DNA from: Tubiluchus corallicola
Lineage: Eukaryota > Animalia > Priapulida
DNA length: 64,000 nt
Direction: 5' to 3'
Assembly: GCA_030141605.1 (NCBI GenBank)
Contig: JAQGDQ010000458.1
Span: 1-64,000 of the forward strand
Position 1 is the stretch's first letter, and every line of letters starts with the position of its first letter. Positions 1 to 12,201 of the stretch are shown one piece after another. The notes below the pieces were generated by a model, which worked only from the letters and a program-made list of their open reading frames with translations, made no database searches and was not told where the DNA came from. The translations under genes and the position numbers were made by a program.

Positions 1-1224
1 AATAAATAGCAAAGGCCCCGCAAAAGATTTTGCGTATAAATACACGTGTAATCAATAATACGCGAACATCCTACCTAGTCCACATTTATAACACAAAGCC
101 CGTAACATCGTGCCTACTGTTTGTTTAACTAACGCAAAGCCTGTAGCTTTTTGCTGAATTAAAGTTATAAGATTATAGACCAGTGGTTCCCAAACTTTCT
201 CGGACCGTTACCCAAATCGGGAAACCCGGTCGTTTCCATTACCCCCCACCTAGTACTACTTCTCCAACTCAAAAATTAAACACACGTATATGCCACAAGC
301 AAGCAAAATTATTTATGTTTGCTCGTGACATAAATAAATTTCCAGGTGTTGTTGTTCTATTGTTGCCAAAACAAGAATTACAATTACTGAACCTGCTAAT
401 TATTACTCGAACAAACGAATGATGGACCCCATGACACAGTGTTGCCTGCCGGAGGCACTCTCTTCAAGAAGAAAACTACATAAAATGCATTCCGAGCGAA
501 GTTTTAAAAATTTTCAGAGGGGTGCCCGTTACCCCCCCCCCCCCAAAAAAAACCATATTACCCCCAGGGGGTAATTTACCCCTACTTTGGGAACCACTGT
601 TATAGACAGAGTACAATGGATGACGTCACAACAATGCCTTTGCGTCAGCAGTTTTCTAAGCGAAAATTGCCGAAAATAGAACTCCTAACTAACTCGTTGA
701 TACTCCTCTCGGTGGACCTGCCCCCACATCATCGTGTAGCCCTGTCCTTCCTCATTCTGATGAGCCGTATATCTCCTTCCCAGAGTCCCACCGGGCGCCG
801 CTAGAACGTTTTTCCCGCATGATGTTTGGTCAAAATTTCGAAAAAATTGCGAGTTGGGTCTGGGAAAATGCCCGTTGCGGGACGCCGTGGTCCTCTCGGG
901 AATTCTAAATATGCCTACTACACCCACCGCTGAACGGGCTATCTATCCATACCCAGCACCACCCTCGGCCCGTTCCCGTTCTTCAGATCTCAGCCGTATA
1001 ACTTTTGCAAAAAACGGCCGAAAAATGGCCATTTTTGGAGGTTTTTCGCCCCCCCCCTTCCTCCCGGTGGGCCAGATTCGAAAAATAAACCATCAATGAG
1101 ACGACACTAGATCGAGACCTTTCGTTTGATATATAGATCGCCGCAAATGGTGCCATCGTCCGAGCTGTAGCCTCGAATCTTATATATATATATATAAATA
1201 TACCAAGAATATTAATATAAGAGA
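1..1224 (-). mobile_element. Non-autonomous Helitron-like element, copy B (continues beyond window start)
   Basis: Near-duplicate of 2010-2730. On the minus strand it starts TC(TCTTATATTAAT) at 1224, directly abutting the CTAG end of the neighbouring copy. Hairpin CGCAAAA-GA-TTTTGCG at about 19-34. Confidence 0.7.
181..599. mobile_element. hAT-type MITE nested in the Helitron copy
   Basis: TIR CAGTGGTTCCCAAA / TTTGGGAACCACTG with a perfect 8-bp TSD TTATAGAC (173-180, 600-607). Absent from the sister Helitron copy near 2175. Confidence 0.88.
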
Positions 1225-2730
1225 CTAGCAAAGGCCCCGCAAAAGATTTTGCGCACAAATCAACACACAACCCACACCACACCACTCCACCTCACTGCAC
1301 CACACCATACCACTCCACCTCATCGCACCACACACCATACCACCTACACACCACACCACCCACACCATACCACTCCACCACATCACACCACACTGCACCA
1401 CACCATACCACTGCACCACCCACACCATAATACTCCACCACATCACACCGCACAGCACCACACAATAACACCACACTGCACCACACCACCCTCACCATAC
1501 CACTCCACCACATCACACCACACCATACCACTGCAGCACACCGCACCACCCACACACCACACCACACCACCCACACCATACGACTCCACCACATCACACC
1601 ACACCATACCACTCCACCACATCACACCACACTGCACCACACCATACCACACCACACCACCCACACCATAATACTCCACCACATCACACCGCACTGCACC
1701 ACACCATAACACCACACTGCACCACAACACCCACCCACCCACACACCACGCCACCCACTCCATACCACACTACCCACACCACACCCCACACACCCTATCA
1801 CCCCACCACACCATCCATAGCACAACACACAAAGCACACCACCACAACACCACATCAAATCCACCACCTCACGTGGTGATCATGATGTTGATGATGATGA
1901 TGGTGGCAATGATGACGACACCTATAACACAAGCACCAACAGCACAGCATTACAACAAAACCATTCCAAACATTTTTCACAAAGTCGAAACTATGTGCTA
2001 TAATATAATAAATAGCAAAGGCCCCGCAAAAGATTTTGCGTTAAAAACCACGTGTAATCAATAATACACGAACATCCTACCTAGTCCTCATTTATAACAG
2101 AAAGCCCGTAACATCATGCCTACTGTTTGCTTAACTAACGCAAAGCCTGTAGCTTTTTGCTGAATTAAAGTTATAAGCAGAGTAGAGTACAATGGATGAC
2201 GTCAGAACAATGGCATTGCGTCAACAGTTTTGTAAGCGAAAATTGCCGAAAATAGAACTCCTAATTAACTCGCCAATACTCCTCTCGGTGGACCTGCCCT
2301 AAAATATAGCCCACATCATCGTGTAGCCCCGTTCTTCCTCTTTCTAAAGAGCCCCATATCTCCTTCCGAGAGTCCCACCGGGCGACGCTAGAACGTTTTT
2401 CCCGCATGCTGTTTGGTCAAAATTTCGAAAAAATCGCGAGTTGGGTCCGGGAAAACGCCCGTTGCGGGGCGCCCAGCACCACCCTCGACCCATTCCCGTT
2501 CTCTACATCTCAGCCGTATAACTTTTGCAAAAAACGGCCGAAAAATGGCCATTTTTGGAGGTTTTTCGCCCCCCGTTCCTCGCGGTGGGCCCGATTCGAA
2601 AAATAAACCCCCAATGAGACGACACTAGATCGAGACCTTTCGTTTGATATATAGATCGCCGCAAATGGTGCCCTCGTCTGGGCTGTAGCCTCGAATCTTA
2701 TATATATACCAAGAATATTAATATAAGAGA
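1225..2730 (-). mobile_element. Non-autonomous Helitron-like element, copy A
   Basis: Minus-strand 5' end A|TC at 2730. 3' end is hairpin CGCAAAA-TC-TTTTGCG followed about 9 nt later by CTAG (1228-1225). These are the canonical Helitron termini. Confidence 0.75.
1262..1870. repeat. CAC/CACCA-rich low-complexity tandem repeat inside the Helitron
   Basis: Degenerate CACCACACCATAC-type units. Explains the His/Thr/Pro and Val/Trp/Cys spurious ORFs. Confidence 0.9.
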
Positions 2731-2865
2731 TAGGATTGTTTGTAACCATTTTATGTTTTCTCTGTCTCTGTCATTTTATTTTAGTTTTCAATGTAGTACT
2801 CTCTGAATTTGTAACATTTTACTGTCAGTTTTATAGTGCATTAATTTAACTTTTAATCGAGAAAC

Positions 2866-3205
2866 CAAAATCTTCTAGTCTGAAATCAACTTTGAGATTA
2901 TAGCTTATGAGAAGCTTTGAGTCTTAAACACTATATTGTGCAATGAATGAAGCTTAGCATTAATACGGCACAATTCTCCCTTATTCAATAGAAAAATGCA
3001 GAGACTAAAATCTTCTAGTCTGAAATAAACTTTGAGATTATAGCTTATGTGAAGCTTTGAGTCTGCGCTTGGCATTAATACGGTACAGTTCTCCCTTATT
3101 CAATAGAAAAATGCAGAGACAAAAATCTTCTAGCCTGAAATAAACTTTGAGATTATAGCTTATGTGAAGCATTGAGTTTTAAACACTATACTGTACAATG
3201 AATAG
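2866..3205. repeat. Three imperfect tandem copies of a ~115-140 bp unit
   Basis: AAAATCTTCTAG(T/C)CTGAAATMAACTTTGAGATTATAGCTTATG recurs at about 2867, 3007 and 3122. Confidence 0.8.
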
Positions 3206-3636
3206 AAATTAGACATTTTGATATTCAGTACTTTAGCTATTAAATTAGAAATTAGTGAGCTTACAGAGTATAATGCATTTTTATAATGTTTTATTGCTTT
3301 GTTGTTCCTGTGTTTTGTTGTCCATTTATATTTGTACGAATTTTGCAATCTTCGATGTATGTATAAACCTGGGGTACGTTTATTTAGACTGTCCACATCC
3401 AGGCTTTATAGTATTAAATAAAAATATATTTATAAAAAACGGACAACTTTTGCACTGAAACTCAATTTCTAGAAGAAAATAGTAAAACCGTCACACAATA
3501 AGTGGAAACTCAGTAACTCCACAGAGAAGTTAATATAACACAATTTTTTTTGATAATTGCAACAATCATTAGAAGCAAAGGAGTCAAGGAGATCTTTGTC
3601 TTTCACAGAATAGCAACTGAACAGAGCCTTATTTGC

Positions 3637-3840
3637 CAGCTACATTTCTGTGCATGTCTTTAAGTGATTTTCCACGTTGTACTTCCTCCTGTAACGTGCG
3701 TTGTCAGCTACGTTCCTATGCATGTCTTTAAGCGACTGTCCACAATGTACTTCCGATTGTAACACGCGTTATCAGCTACGTTCCTATGCATGTCTTTAAG
3801 TGATTTTCCACAATGTACTTCCGACTGTAACATGCGTTGC
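3637..3840 (-). repeat. Three 68-bp tandem copies of the last finger helix plus stop of ZF paralog 1
   Basis: Units start at 3637, 3705 and 3773. The third lies mostly inside the CDS. Confidence 0.9.
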
Positions 3841-4561
3841 ACCTAGGACACTTAAACGGCCGTTCTCCAGTGTGTTTTCTAACATGAGCTTGCAAATTGC
3901 TCTTCTTTTCCGTGTGATAAAAACACATTTTACACTGCCACAGCTTCTTTTTGCTGGTACACATGAGCGACTCACTACTCGTTTCTAGCTTATCAACAGA
4001 CCTGCTGCTCCTTGCACCTGATGAGGCTTTTTGCAATGTCGCCCTTTTCTGCTTAGATTCTCTGGAATGCTGACCTTGTGGATGCATTACATTTTTGACC
4101 AGATTAGCCACAGTTGGCTGCACTGGTTCAAGTTTCTGCACTTGTTGCAGTGGAAATGAACCAAATTGCCTAGATGCAAAAGACAGATCCACCCTTACAT
4201 TCCGATCCTCATTTCGAGTATTAGTACATGTTAACCCAATTGGGTCAGCATTGCTTGCACGAATGGATTCGAAAAAGTGATCGGTAATAGTGCGTGTACC
4301 ATCATAACTTTTTTCTTCTTCGACGTTCAATTCCATAAATTGGTGACTTGAACAAAGTTCACTCTTTATAGCAGTATCATCTAAATCACCAAGGCTGGCC
4401 GCGGGCAAATCAGTATTATATTGTTCCGTAGCCTGAGCCTCACACACCAGTATCTTACAATGCCATGTTCTTGTATGTGCGAAAAAGATATCCTCACTAA
4501 TAAAACATTCAGAGCAAGCTGTGCACTTGTAGTAAATTTCTGGGCCAGCACATCCCTCCAT
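3776..4561 (-). CDS. Zinc-finger array paralog 1 (N-terminal C2H2 module + C2H2/C2HC pair)
   Basis: [19 protein letters not shown]...[13 protein letters not shown]; WQCKMCFYHTEKKSNLQAHVRKHTGERPFKCPRC...HLKTC. Start GAC-ATG-G; TTTCAG acceptors at 4605 and 4617. Confidence 0.92.
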   Translation of the reverse strand: MEGCAGPEIYYKCTACSECFISEDIFFAHTRTWHCKILVCEAQATEQYNTDLPAASLGDLDDTAIKSELCSSHQFMELNVEEEKSYDGTRTITDHFFESIRASNADPIGLTCTNTRNEDRNVRVDLSFASRQFGSFPLQQVQKLEPVQPTVANLVKNVMHPQGQHSRESKQKRATLQKASSGARSSRSVDKLETSSESLMCTSKKKLWQCKMCFYHTEKKSNLQAHVRKHTGERPFKCPRCNACYSRKYIVENHLKTCIGT

Positions 4562-5463
4562 GTCAGAAGACAGCCGTGAGTAGTTTAGACGACTTATCAC
4601 CGGACTGAAAATTCCGCTGAAATAGTTTTACAGTGTTAATATAGAATCTGCTTAATAATCATTTACTAGCAGGCCCTATGATTTGCTTATAATTCAGCAG
4701 AGCACGGAACAATACTTAATTGGCTGGCGCATATTTGTAATGTGTATTTGCAAATTTAACGTTGTCAACGTAAGATGTCCACAGTCAGTAATAGACTCAA
4801 TGTATTTACAATGTTGAAAGATTATAAAAAAAGAATAAATACAGCATAAAGACAACAAAGAAGTAAATCCAACTATTGAAATTTTATTAATTTCACATAC
4901 AGCTTTTGCTAAAATAATTAATCGAGCTAATCACTGCTTACAAGGGATACACCGGATCCAGACCATTAAGTCCGAATTCCGATGAAAACTGCAGTGTGGA
5001 TCCAGTCCGGGTCTGGTCCTAGCTACAAAAATCAAGATCCGGCTCCGATAACAACGAATTCTTTTCGTCACTATCGAAACCTGATTAGGCTATCAAAAAT
5101 TATCATAATTATCCTTTAGTAACCAATAACTGACTCAACTACTAAAAATTTGAACAACAACGATGCAAATGAGTACAGTGCAAACAACGAAGATTATGGT
5201 AACACAAAGACCTTTGCTATACACACTCACATAAACCAAAGGATTAAAAAACATACAGATAACTTAAATTAGTTAAATCAGACAAATAACAGACGGTCAA
5301 CGAAAATGAGAAAAAGAATCAACATAACTTCCTTTCCGGTATAAAATATCAAATTATTAGCGAAAAAGTCATTAACGACTTACTGAGTACTTTACTAAAT
5401 TTCACTCACAACATAGCATGATAACTAACTACAGTCCTGACCATGAGTAATGTAATTGCCGTA

Positions 5464-6010
5464 CAGTGGCAGCTCGTGTATAGGTACTGTGGAACTGCAG
5501 CACCCCCTATTTTCACTCGATATTATCGCTAATATTCAATATAATGAGCCTTTTTTCTTTAATTCTTTCTTTATACTTGTAAATCCTTGTAGAGAACCGA
5601 AGCATGTGATGGAACTATATGGTTCACAGCTCCAGCAATGTGCAGTTTGGCTGTTGTGTGCATGCAGCCATGCGCACATGTCAGAGATAAGACACTGCAC
5701 GATAGAGGTAGAGAAAGCACTGTCGCTCATGCAGTCTCGATCAAGGAGAAAATTATTCATTTTTTGCGCAAAGCAAAACAAGAAGATTGGATTCTGTTTT
5801 TAAATAACTGAATCAATTTCAACTTAATTTAACTTAATAAATTAATTAATTTACCTTGAACTGTAACAATTTAGGCTACTGGTAAGTAAAAGATTTTTCT
5901 GTTTAGGGTTTTATCAAATTTATGTATAAATTTTCTTTTTATATGTTTGTTTCATTTTGCACAACATTAAAACAATGGCCAAAATTTCTTGAAGCAACAC
6001 CCTCACTGCA
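5464..6010 (+). mobile_element. Degenerate copy of the hAT MITE family also at 43055
   Basis: Shares CAGTGGC...AGGTACTGTGGAACTGCAGCACCCCCTATTTTCA and downstream sequence with 43055-43603. Right end uncertain. Confidence 0.65.
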
Positions 6011-6750
6011 GCCGTCCATATGCATCGATGCATATCTTCATTAATATTTGATTGGAAGGTGCCATCACCTTGACTGCGCAATGGGCAGCAAACTGTGTAG
6101 TTCCATTTGCATTGTTCTCAGTATGTATTGTTAAGAGGAGAAAGTTCGAGAGGTGGTCACGTCACCTGCATTAAGTGCGTTTCCGGTGATATTAGCAAAT
6201 ACTGTGATTGCGAACAGTGTTGTATGTCTTCATTTGTCGCAATGAAGATGTTTGCATTGATTTTGATTATGGAAGTTCGCTTTGATTATGTCAAGTTGAG
6301 TATTCATTATTTTTCACCCGATGACGGTGTAACATAACCCTCCTCAAGTCAAATCAAACGGTCACTGCAACTACGGAATAATGATATACTATTCAAATTT
6401 AGTAATGCTAATTTGTGAGCAAGACTTAGTACATTTGACAAGTTTAACATTTTGTCACGTGTGTAAATCAGCATTAATTTTCAAGTGCAAAACCATCAAT
6501 TCAAAATACCGACTTTTATACCAGCTAAAGCCAAAGTTAGCAAAAAACAAATCAAGGTTATCATTATAATTTCAAAATTTTCAACACAACAGGTTGCATT
6601 ACTGAAGTTAATAATCCATTCTGTGGAAAAACAAAGTTTACGTTTTTTAAATATGGTTTCATCATTGAAATTTGAGGTGAAATGATGCCTTGTGGATGCG
6701 CAAAATCCTCGTTACAAAAACATCCCTTACGTGCATAGAATCACAGTTTC

Positions 6751-7596
6751 TCATTCAATGCTGTGCACTGTTTTCAAGTGATTTTTCAACCTGTAATTCC
6801 TGTTGTAACATGCATCGCAGTAAGAGCATTTGAAAGGCTTGTGTCCTGTATGAGTTCTAACATGAGCTATCAAATTAGTCTTCCATTTTGTGTGATAAAA
6901 GCACATTTTGCACTGCCATAGCTTCTTCTGGCTTGTACTCATAAGTGATTCTTCACTAGCAAGTAAATTATCATCAGAGGTTTTCCCTATTGGGATTCTC
7001 CGTTTTCCCGTCTTTTGAGGCAAATTTTTTTTACGATGTTTGCGCTGCGTTTCTGTGCCGTCCTTAAACAACCTTCCTGTACGCTGTACATGTTGTACTG
7101 GCGTAAAGCGCGGCACGACTTCATGCAAGTACGTTGGCAATTCAAAATTCATTTCTGGCTTCACATTGGGTGCAGTTATACTATCACTGGTGCTAGCAAA
7201 CTGAAAGGAATCAACACTACTTGTATGGACACTTTCAGCAAAATCATTAGTAATACCACAGGTGTTGTCATAATCAGTTTCATCTTCTGGACTTGGTCTC
7301 ATTGCCCGTTGAACTGCCTGAGTTTCAGTCTTTATTATGGCACTCTGGGAAACTTCAGCACCGATCATAGACAAAGGATCGTCAGGGCATTGTACGTTGT
7401 ATAATTGTTCCGTGTCTTCGCCGCTCATAGACAAACAAGCATTATCAAGGCTATCATAATAATGTTCCGTGCCCTCGCATATTAGTATCTTACAATGCCA
7501 TGTTCTTGTATGTGCAAAAAATACTTCTTCACTGAGGAAGCATTCCGAGCAAGCTGTGCACTTGAAATAAATATCCAGGTATCCGTAATTTTCCAT
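6751..7596 (-). CDS. Zinc-finger array paralog 2
   Basis: 281-aa ORF with the N-terminal module and two C2H2 fingers joined by HTGHKP. Acceptor at 7647; in-frame TAA in the leader. Confidence 0.93.
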   Translation of the reverse strand: MENYGYLDIYFKCTACSECFLSEEVFFAHTRTWHCKILICEGTEHYYDSLDNACLSMSGEDTEQLYNVQCPDDPLSMIGAEVSQSAIIKTETQAVQRAMRPSPEDETDYDNTCGITNDFAESVHTSSVDSFQFASTSDSITAPNVKPEMNFELPTYLHEVVPRFTPVQHVQRTGRLFKDGTETQRKHRKKNLPQKTGKRRIPIGKTSDDNLLASEESLMSTSQKKLWQCKMCFYHTKWKTNLIAHVRTHTGHKPFKCSYCDACYNRNYRLKNHLKTVHSIE

Positions 7597-8320
7597 GTCG
7601 GAACTTTAGAGCTGATACTTTGATGAACTTCCTGGCACGAAGTTTGCTGAAATGACAAATTCTCTGCTTAGTGGTGAAGGTTATTGCAAATCTCCAGAAA
7701 AAGTGTTTTGTGCAATTTGTAAATGTTCCCGAAGGTCTTTTCGATGGTCACACTAACAGAATTATGCTGACTATCGCCTTGCAACAGATTATATTTTGAA
7801 GCTTAACGTATGGTGTACATAATTGTAAACATGTTACAATTATGGTGCAAATGTGAAGTGATAGTAACACTAGTGCTTAAAATGTTTTACAGCCTAAGCC
7901 TACAGTTGTTCCACTTGTACTAAAAGGGAAAACAAGCCTTTTGGAGAGGCTTATTTTAATGCCCGCAAAAATGTCAGAAGGATTTAGTAATAAAAGTGTG
8001 ATAACCGCCTTGTGTAACTAGTAAAATCACTTTAAGGCCGTGATCATTTCACGGTTGGGCACTCCCATTTTGAATGCCAGTTCTTCCCCAAAAGACATTT
8101 TTCGTTGGCTGGAGAAAAGCAGCGCGCTGCCAAGTTTCGTAAAATGTATAGCGCGCACTTACTGAAAGCCACGATGCGTTTACAAGAAATCATGAAGTCC
8201 ACAAGTTACGTTAATAATGTTCAAGTGAATGTCGGCAATCACGGTGCCTCAGAATTTTGATTCAGACATAAATTATGTTTTCTAGACAGTTTTCTTGCAA
8301 ATTCCTTTGTTGTATTTTTC

Positions 8321-9089
8321 TAAGTTTAAGTCATAGCAGTAAAACAGACCCAACATGCTAAGTAACTTGTCCCTTCTTCTAAGTTAAAGTCATGGCAGTA
8401 AAACAGACCCAACATGCTAAGTAACTTGTCCCTTCTTCTAAGTTAAAGTCATGGCAGTAAAACAGACCCAACATGCTAAGTAACTTGTCCCTTCTTTTAA
8501 GTTTAAGTCATTGCAGTAAAACAGACCCAACATGCTAAGTAACTTGTCCTTTCTTTTAAGTTTAAGTCATAGCAGTAAAACAGACCCAACATGCTAAGTA
8601 ACTTGTCCCTTCTTTTAAGTTTAAGTCATAGCAGTAAAACAGACCCAACATGCTAAGTAACTTGTCCCTTCTTTTAAGTTTGTCATTGCAGTAAAACAGA
8701 CCCAACATGCTAAGTAACTTGTCCCTTCTTTTAAGTTTAAGTCATAGCAGTAAAACAGACCCAACATGCTAAGTAACTTGTCCTTTCTTTTAAGTTTAAG
8801 TCATAGCAGTAAAACAGACCCAACATGCTAAGTAACTTGTCCTTTCTTTTAAGTTTAAGTCATAGCAGTAAAACAGACCCAACATGCTAAGTAACTTGTC
8901 CTTTCTTTTAAGTTTAAGTCATAGCAGTAAAACAGACCCAACATGCTAAGTAACTTGTCCCTTCTTTTAAGTTTAAGTCATAGCAGTAAAACAGACCCAA
9001 CATGCTAAGTAACTTGTCCTTTCTTTTAAGTTCAAGTCATGGCAGTAAAACAGACCCAACATGCTAAGTAACTTGTCCTTTCTTTTAAG
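8321..9089. repeat. 59-bp minisatellite, ~13 copies
   Basis: Unit TAAGTTTAAGTCATAGCAGTAAAACAGACCCAACATGCTAAGTAACTTGTCC(C/T)TTCTTT, head-to-tail with no spacers. Confidence 0.95.
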
Positions 9090-9344
9090 ACTCAGTACAA
9101 AATGTAATACCACCAAAGATACGAAACACGCGCTGATAGTAAAAATCGGAACTGACTTTATTATAACATACAATGCAGAAGAATATCAGATAATATTTAT
9201 TTATCAGATAATAAAACTTATGAACATACCTTGGAAGTAAGTAAGCATATGCACAATATGTCAAAAATTTTCGACCAAAATTGATATATGCTACAAAATG
9301 ACAAAGGATATATATGATAATCGTTTGATGTGGCTAATGATTTA

Positions 9345-9450
9345 TAAATATATATATATATCATATATATATATTTATAATTATATATATATATATATAT
9401 ACATTTATATATATATAGATATATATATAAATGTGTGTGTGTGTGTGTGT
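9345..9450. repeat. (TA)n/(TG)n microsatellite
   Basis: Direct reading. Confidence 0.9.
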
Positions 9451-9787
9451 AAATAAATGTTACAAAATATTGTAAGCGGTTATTTAAATAAAATGCAAAA
9501 CAGTTAAACAAAATGGCCACCACACTGTACAGAAATCATTAGCCACATCAAAAGACCCCGTAAACGTCTCTGTCAATTAATGTTAAACATGAGAATCAGG
9601 GTATGTGAATAGCTAGAAAATTTTAACTGCTGACTTGTGGATGATTTTGCTATACACGCACACATATTACTTAGACACTATTACAAAATGGTTAACATAA
9701 CATTATGAATCATCTAGAAGTACATCTACAGACATTTTCATTTCGAGAAACACACGAATTCATCGTATCATCGTCTCGCACTCTACG

Positions 9788-10576
9788 TCATTCGTTTGCC
9801 TTTTTGCATCTTTCTAAGTGATGTTTCAGGTGATGTTTGTGCCTATAACTTATATGACAATGGGGGCATTGAAATGGCCGCTCTCCTGTATGTGACCTAA
9901 TATGACCTATTAAATTCGTCTTCCATTCTGTGTGATAGGAACAAATCTTACAATGCCAAAGCTTTTTGTTACTGGTACAAATTAGCGATTCGCCACTCGA
10001 CTGTAATTTCTCAACGAGGTTCTTCCCTTGAGCAGTCAACGTTGTCTTTGGTTTTACTGGCCTTTGGTTTTTACGAACACCGGGATACTCATTTTGCAGT
10101 CTCTTTTTATTCTTAATTTGGCTCAGTGCAAGAACAGCACCTTGCATCGAGGTAAATACTTGCTCATTCTGTAGTCGGAATGATTGAAATGTCAAATCTG
10201 TTTCAGATTTTACATTATGATTGCCAAAAGCGGAACTGGAACTAGCTAGCTGAAGAGAAGCAACATTGTTTGTATAGGTGCAGCTGGGAAAATCCTCAAT
10301 ACCAATGGATGCATTATCACAACTGTCACTTTCTTCATGACTGGCTTCCATTTGCTCGACAAGTTGAGTCTCCAAAGCATTGTTCTCACCATCTTCATCG
10401 TCTGTCGTGCAGAAATAAGCAGTAGAAAAGCACTGGTCGTACTGTTCCGTACCCTCGCATACTAGTATCTTACAATGCCACGTTCTCGTATGTGCAAAGA
10501 AAATGTCTTCGCTGATAAAACATTCAGAACAAGCAGTGCACTTGAAGTAGATTTCTCGATTCATAAATTCTGCCAT
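9788..10576 (-). CDS. Zinc-finger array paralog 3
   Basis: [19 protein letters not shown]...; WHCKICSYHTEWKTNLIGHIRSHTGERPFQCPHC...HLERC. Acceptor at 10618. Confidence 0.92.
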   Translation of the reverse strand: MAEFMNREIYFKCTACSECFISEDIFFAHTRTWHCKILVCEGTEQYDQCFSTAYFCTTDDEDGENNALETQLVEQMEASHEESDSCDNASIGIEDFPSCTYTNNVASLQLASSSSAFGNHNVKSETDLTFQSFRLQNEQVFTSMQGAVLALSQIKNKKRLQNEYPGVRKNQRPVKPKTTLTAQGKNLVEKLQSSGESLICTSNKKLWHCKICSYHTEWKTNLIGHIRSHTGERPFQCPHCHISYRHKHHLKHHLERCKKANE

Positions 10577-11352
10577 GTCTTTTGATAATATGGTAGCATC
10601 CACGGTAAATGATTTTGCTGAAATACAGTGTCACAGTATTAATGCTAGCTGGCAGATTAGAGGCAAATTCTAATTAGATGATGAACATAGTTTGGGAGGG
10701 GGGTTATTATCAATCGGCAATCATTTGCAGTAATACCGAAGACCTTAACACCAACTATAATGTCACATTTGCCAAAGCTTCCAGAATGGCTTAACCACAA
10801 ATTTTGCTTAGGCCAATTATACACCCAACTGCATTTTCATTTGACACAGGTAATTCAATTTCACATTTACGTGATGTCGTATTTTGCAATATTTGAAAAC
10901 ACTGCCAATTATTGCAGTGTGCAGTTAAAACAACAGCTAATTTAGATAATTCATTTATAAGGGCACTAGACACAATAGATGGTATCCAACAACTAAACCC
11001 TCTCTAGATATCAAATCATTACATAGAAGAGCTCACGAAGCTTTAAACTTGACATCCCCTTTCACCCCATATAACTTATCCCATTTCACTGTAATACAAA
11101 ACACAAGCAAGGAATTAGAATGTGTTTTAAAGCCACTAGGCACTTACAATCGCACACACCGTTAAATACGGAGGATGAGGGTAGTCTTACATATCACGAA
11201 CAACTTACAATGAATGACCACACCGCTCACTCCCCAAAGTAATAAATGAATCTCTAATCAATAAAAGCAAGTCAAGTTGTCAACTTCAATAAGTTGTTTA
11301 CAAACATGAATAATAATAATTGGTGCAACATCTCATTCTGGTTAAGAGGCGG

Positions 11353-12201
11353 TCATTTTTGTTCTCCTAGGCAGTTTTTCGAAGCCATGTGATACTTTAG
11401 ACTACTGCTGTCTTTGTAACGTGCGCCACATTTAGGACACTGGAAAGGTTTTTCTCCCGTATGGTTTCTGATGTGCGACAGCAAATTGTGTTTGTTTTCG
11501 GAATGATAAAAGCACATTTTACACTGCCACAGCTTCTTATTGCTAGTGCAAATAAGCGACTCTGCACTCGTCTGATGATTGCCAATGTTGTCGATCTGCT
11601 GCCTATTCCCAGTTATGCGAGAGGCAACTTGCCTTGGTCGTTTCTGTTGAAATCCTTTATTGTATGGTAGTTGCCTTTTAAAGCTTGTTTTGGAATGAGG
11701 TTCCAGGTGCGGCTTGTGTATTTCCTGTAGGGCAAGGTCTCCTTGTCTCAGATCTGATTCAGTTTTGACAGCACTCACTTCTGAATCAGTAGCTAGCTGA
11801 TAAAGCTCAACATCATGTTCAACTCCAGCGACAGTTCCATCGGTAAAGTCCTCAATAACTATGCATGCATCGTCATCATCATCATTGTCGTTATTTTGGC
11901 CATTACAAGATTCACGAAGGGCTAATTCTGTTGTCTGTGGAACAGACTGCGTATCATCAGTCTCATCCTTTATGCTCGTGTTCTCGGTGGTTTCATCATA
12001 AGGTACAGACAAGCTGGCTTCATTGGCATCAGGACAAGGTATAGGCAAGCTAGATTGATAGTTAAAATGTTCTGTGGCTTGGCAAACCAGTATCTTACAA
12101 TGCCATGTTCTTGTATGTGCAAAGAAAATGTCCTCATTAGTGAAACATTCAGAGCAAGCTGTGCATTTAAAGTAAATCTCTTGGTACACGCACTCTTCCA
12201 T
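11353..12201 (-). CDS. Zinc-finger array paralog 4
   Basis: 282-aa ORF with the same architecture. Acceptor at 12241; in-frame TGA in the leader. Confidence 0.93.
   Translation of the reverse strand: MEECVYQEIYFKCTACSECFTNEDIFFAHTRTWHCKILVCQATEHFNYQSSLPIPCPDANEASLSVPYDETTENTSIKDETDDTQSVPQTTELALRESCNGQNNDNDDDDDACIVIEDFTDGTVAGVEHDVELYQLATDSEVSAVKTESDLRQGDLALQEIHKPHLEPHSKTSFKRQLPYNKGFQQKRPRQVASRITGNRQQIDNIGNHQTSAESLICTSNKKLWQCKMCFYHSENKHNLLSHIRNHTGEKPFQCPKCGARYKDSSSLKYHMASKNCLGEQK

Noticed and set aside
1225-1867. His/Thr/Pro-rich and Val/Trp/Cys-rich ORFs
   Set aside because: Translations of the CAC-rich repeat inside a Helitron.
4449-4462. GTAAGA in the conserved WHCKIL codons as a shared internal 5' splice donor
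   Set aside because: The GT is replaced by GC (TGC codon) in paralogs 5, 11, 12, 14 and 15, and the ORFs stay open through the whole linker.
8321-9089. CRISPR-like array
   Set aside because: Contiguous 59-bp units without unique spacers, no cas genes, and a eukaryotic context. The same applies to the 23-bp and 21-bp arrays.
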